A stretch of DNA of 64,000 bases, from assembly GCA_047495785.1 (NCBI GenBank), contig JBLDXI010000020.1:3038001-3102000 (forward strand), given 5' to 3'. This DNA is from Lepidodermella squamata (lineage: Eukaryota > Animalia > Gastrotricha). Position numbers and translations under genes: made by a program. The notes beneath the pieces were generated by a model. That model saw only the letters and a list, made by a program, of their open reading frames with translations, ran no database searches and had not been told where the DNA came from. This document shows, in pieces, positions 61,901 through 64,000 of this stretch. How positions within the stretch are numbered: the stretch's first letter is position 1; each line of letters begins with the position of its first letter.

Positions 61901-64000
61901 ATGACGAAGAATCCCCCGATGTCGTTACGCGGGCATTAACTTTGATTGGGAGAGTTACTGCGCCGATTAATGATGTCGAGTTGTCGTTTGCTGGATCTCA
62001 TCTTTTAGCGATAAGAAAGGGGCAAACCATGGACGGCGAAAGAAGGAGTCTCCGAAGTCATGGTGAGTGTTTTATTCATATTTTGGCAATTATTGCTGCA
62101 TTATTAGACGTTGTGGTGATACATATCATGATCTTGGGTCCTGAATTTCAAAATTTACTGGTTTTAATCAAAAATTGAAACAACAAAAAATTGAGGGCTC
62201 CCATTCAAGTTATAATGACGTAAATCTTGAAATATTGAGTAATTTTCAAATCGTTTGATTCATACCTAGATAACCCTTGTTTATTTCGTGTTGACAGTGG
62301 GTAGGGTGCTGGTCATCCACGGAGGTCAATCTCAGCTGCTGACCGAATACCAGACTTCGCATGAGCTGCTGATGTGCCGACCCGAAGGTGCCTTGCCGAT
62401 CAATTGGCCCGCATTGCCCTTGTCGCTGAAAGCTGGTCATCACCTGCTACTTGCCCGCGTCAAGTTTGGCTCGAAATCCTACATCGTTTTTCGATGGTCG
62501 CCTAGCTTCAGTGGCTGGTGGACAGTAGAGCCTAGCGGGCGAGTGGTTCGTGGTGTCAGTGATCAGCACATGCGCTCTGACGTCCAATTTGCGATTTACG
62601 CTCTGCCTGGCAACCAGACGTTCTGCAATCAAGCCGTCCGTCAATCGCTCGGTGGTCAAAGCAAGGCTGCCTGCGAAATGCATTTCGACTCTGTCGAGTT
62701 CAACTTCACTCTTATGAAAGTGCCGGTGAAACATAAGGTGAAGTGTTGCATGCGATCACCGGGAAGAGCCAATCAATGCGGCAAACCTGCTCAGTTGCGC
62801 TGTCCTGCGGGCTTGCAGAATGGCAGCTTGTCGTGCAGTGTCGGCATCTGCACGCGGTGCTTCAAGAAGCTTCCAGCGGACGGTATCACCAAGCTCTCAG
62901 CGCCTGACTTTCTGCCTGATGTGCCTGAAGATGCTGAATTGCAACTGTCAGCTAGCAGGGCATCGAACTTGGAAGCTCAAGCCGACGAGGTTCCGCCGCA
63001 GCCTGAGCAGCTTCATTTGGCTACTGATATTCAATTTCCTCGAGGCGATGCTGAGCCGCTGTATGATCCGACCAAGGGTATTCTCGCCAAGTATCTCTGG
63101 CAGCACTTGGGAATTCTGCAGCGAACCAGGCTCGCTTTCGATTCTGCCCAGAAGTCTTTTCTACTGCAGCAGATGGTTGCCTTCGGAGATGCCCCTGCTA
63201 CTTCCATCTTGTACCCGGAGGGTGCTCTGTTTCCGTCACTTTTCTATTGCCAACGTGATGGCAGTGTTGTTGGTGCTTTGCCTCACCATCACTACTCGTC
63301 CTACAACTCCGACTATACAGGTGGAATCGGCTCCCTGTCTGATCATGTCAAAGTCAGGTTGCGCAACTTCTTCTTGGCAACAAGCTGGTCGTTTGCGTCA
63401 ATCTACTTCTCCTTTGACATGAAGCTATCGGCGCAGCTGAACAAAAACAGCACTGCAATCTTCATGAAGCGTGGGACAGAAGGCCTGGCAGGTAAAGGCG
63501 CTGTTGGCTGGTCTCCTCCTGGCACGGCTCTCGAATACGAGGAGTTCGACAAGGAGTCGAGGCTGAAAGAGCTTGGCGCCCTAATCAAGCATGAAGAATG
63601 GAAGTGGTTCGGGACAATTACTTGTAATGATACAGGTTAGCACAAGTTTTGGTATTCAATCTCACTCAATTGTAGACTGAATAATTTCTCCAAGAATTGT
63701 TTGAAATTTGAAATTTTACCACCTCGACCTACACAATGCATTATTTTTCAATTCCAGGCACACCTGGTGTATGTGAAATCGTCAAAGCCCTTATGATAAA
63801 CGCTCAAAGGCACCATGGTCCACGCCCTGTTCTGTCGAAGGCCGACTATCAGCGAACTTTTCGTCAGCGTCTGCTCCTTGTTTCAAGGCTTGACGAGACC
63901 GAGTACAAGCGGCTGTACTACGCCCATTTCATCCTCATCAGCATGGCTTGGCAACGAGTGCAGGAGCATCTGATCGAGTTCCTGAAGCGCACGAATGTTG
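58919..64000 (+). CDS. Putative Helitron-like Rep(-helicase) gene, 5' part (exons 58919-59102, 59154-59246, 59305-59352, 59407-59445, 59578-59793, 59845-59901, 59963-60376, 60433-61176, 61544-62062, 62298-63635, 63758->64000)
   Basis: Exons splice into one open frame. Several Cys/His clusters, LYPEGALFPSLFY, and WFGTITCN...EI resembling Helitron Rep motif 1 (F-x-T-x-T-C-N). HUH motif not reached within the window. Confidence 0.65.

Larger units (their letters stand above)
54844..64000 (+). mobile_element. Large Helitron-like (HUH rolling-circle) element, 5' part; left boundary uncertain (54.46-54.87 kb)
   Basis: Follows a truncated LINE and lies in an apparent WDR35 intron. GC hairpin, internal tandem array, and a gene reaching a Rep motif-1-like WFGTITCN. 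Confidence 0.6.

Noticed and set aside
62820-63422. 200-aa overlapping ORF in the element
   Set aside because: Alternative frame of a GC-richer exon with no motifs. No evidence for dual coding.

Overview
Eukaryotic DNA from an invertebrate metazoan with motile cilia (CFAP77, WDR35). The genome is compact, with mostly ~40-70 nt GT-AG introns. The species cannot be determined from this window. Gene models were assembled by hand from splice sites, and family calls come from recalled motifs, not searches. Host genes in order: FAM8A1-like 3' end; intronless class C (GABA-B-like) GPCR; ankyrin-repeat gene with a signal-peptide exon; HEY bHLH-Orange; CFAP77; HACD3; MRG15; a very large MUC4/SUSD2-like NIDO-AMOP-VWD-EGF-TSP1 membrane protein; a Cys-loop channel subunit; a furin-like convertase with a mucin stalk; a second class C GPCR; a Kunitz protein; a tandem array of seven paralogous small type-I membrane proteins with an unrecognised 8-Cys ectodomain (39.4-49.4 kb); and the 3' exons of WDR35. 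The last ~12 kb lies in what appears to be a WDR35 intron and is a nest of mobile DNA. It holds a CR1/L2-like LINE (ORF1-TAG-endonuclease in one frame, truncated), then a large, intron-rich Helitron-like element with a GC hairpin, a Pol III tRNA-like cassette, a 12 x 180-bp satellite and a >1,200-aa Zn-finger-rich gene whose ten introns are all phase 1. The best candidates for undescribed biology are the seven-gene receptor-like array and the Helitron-like element.
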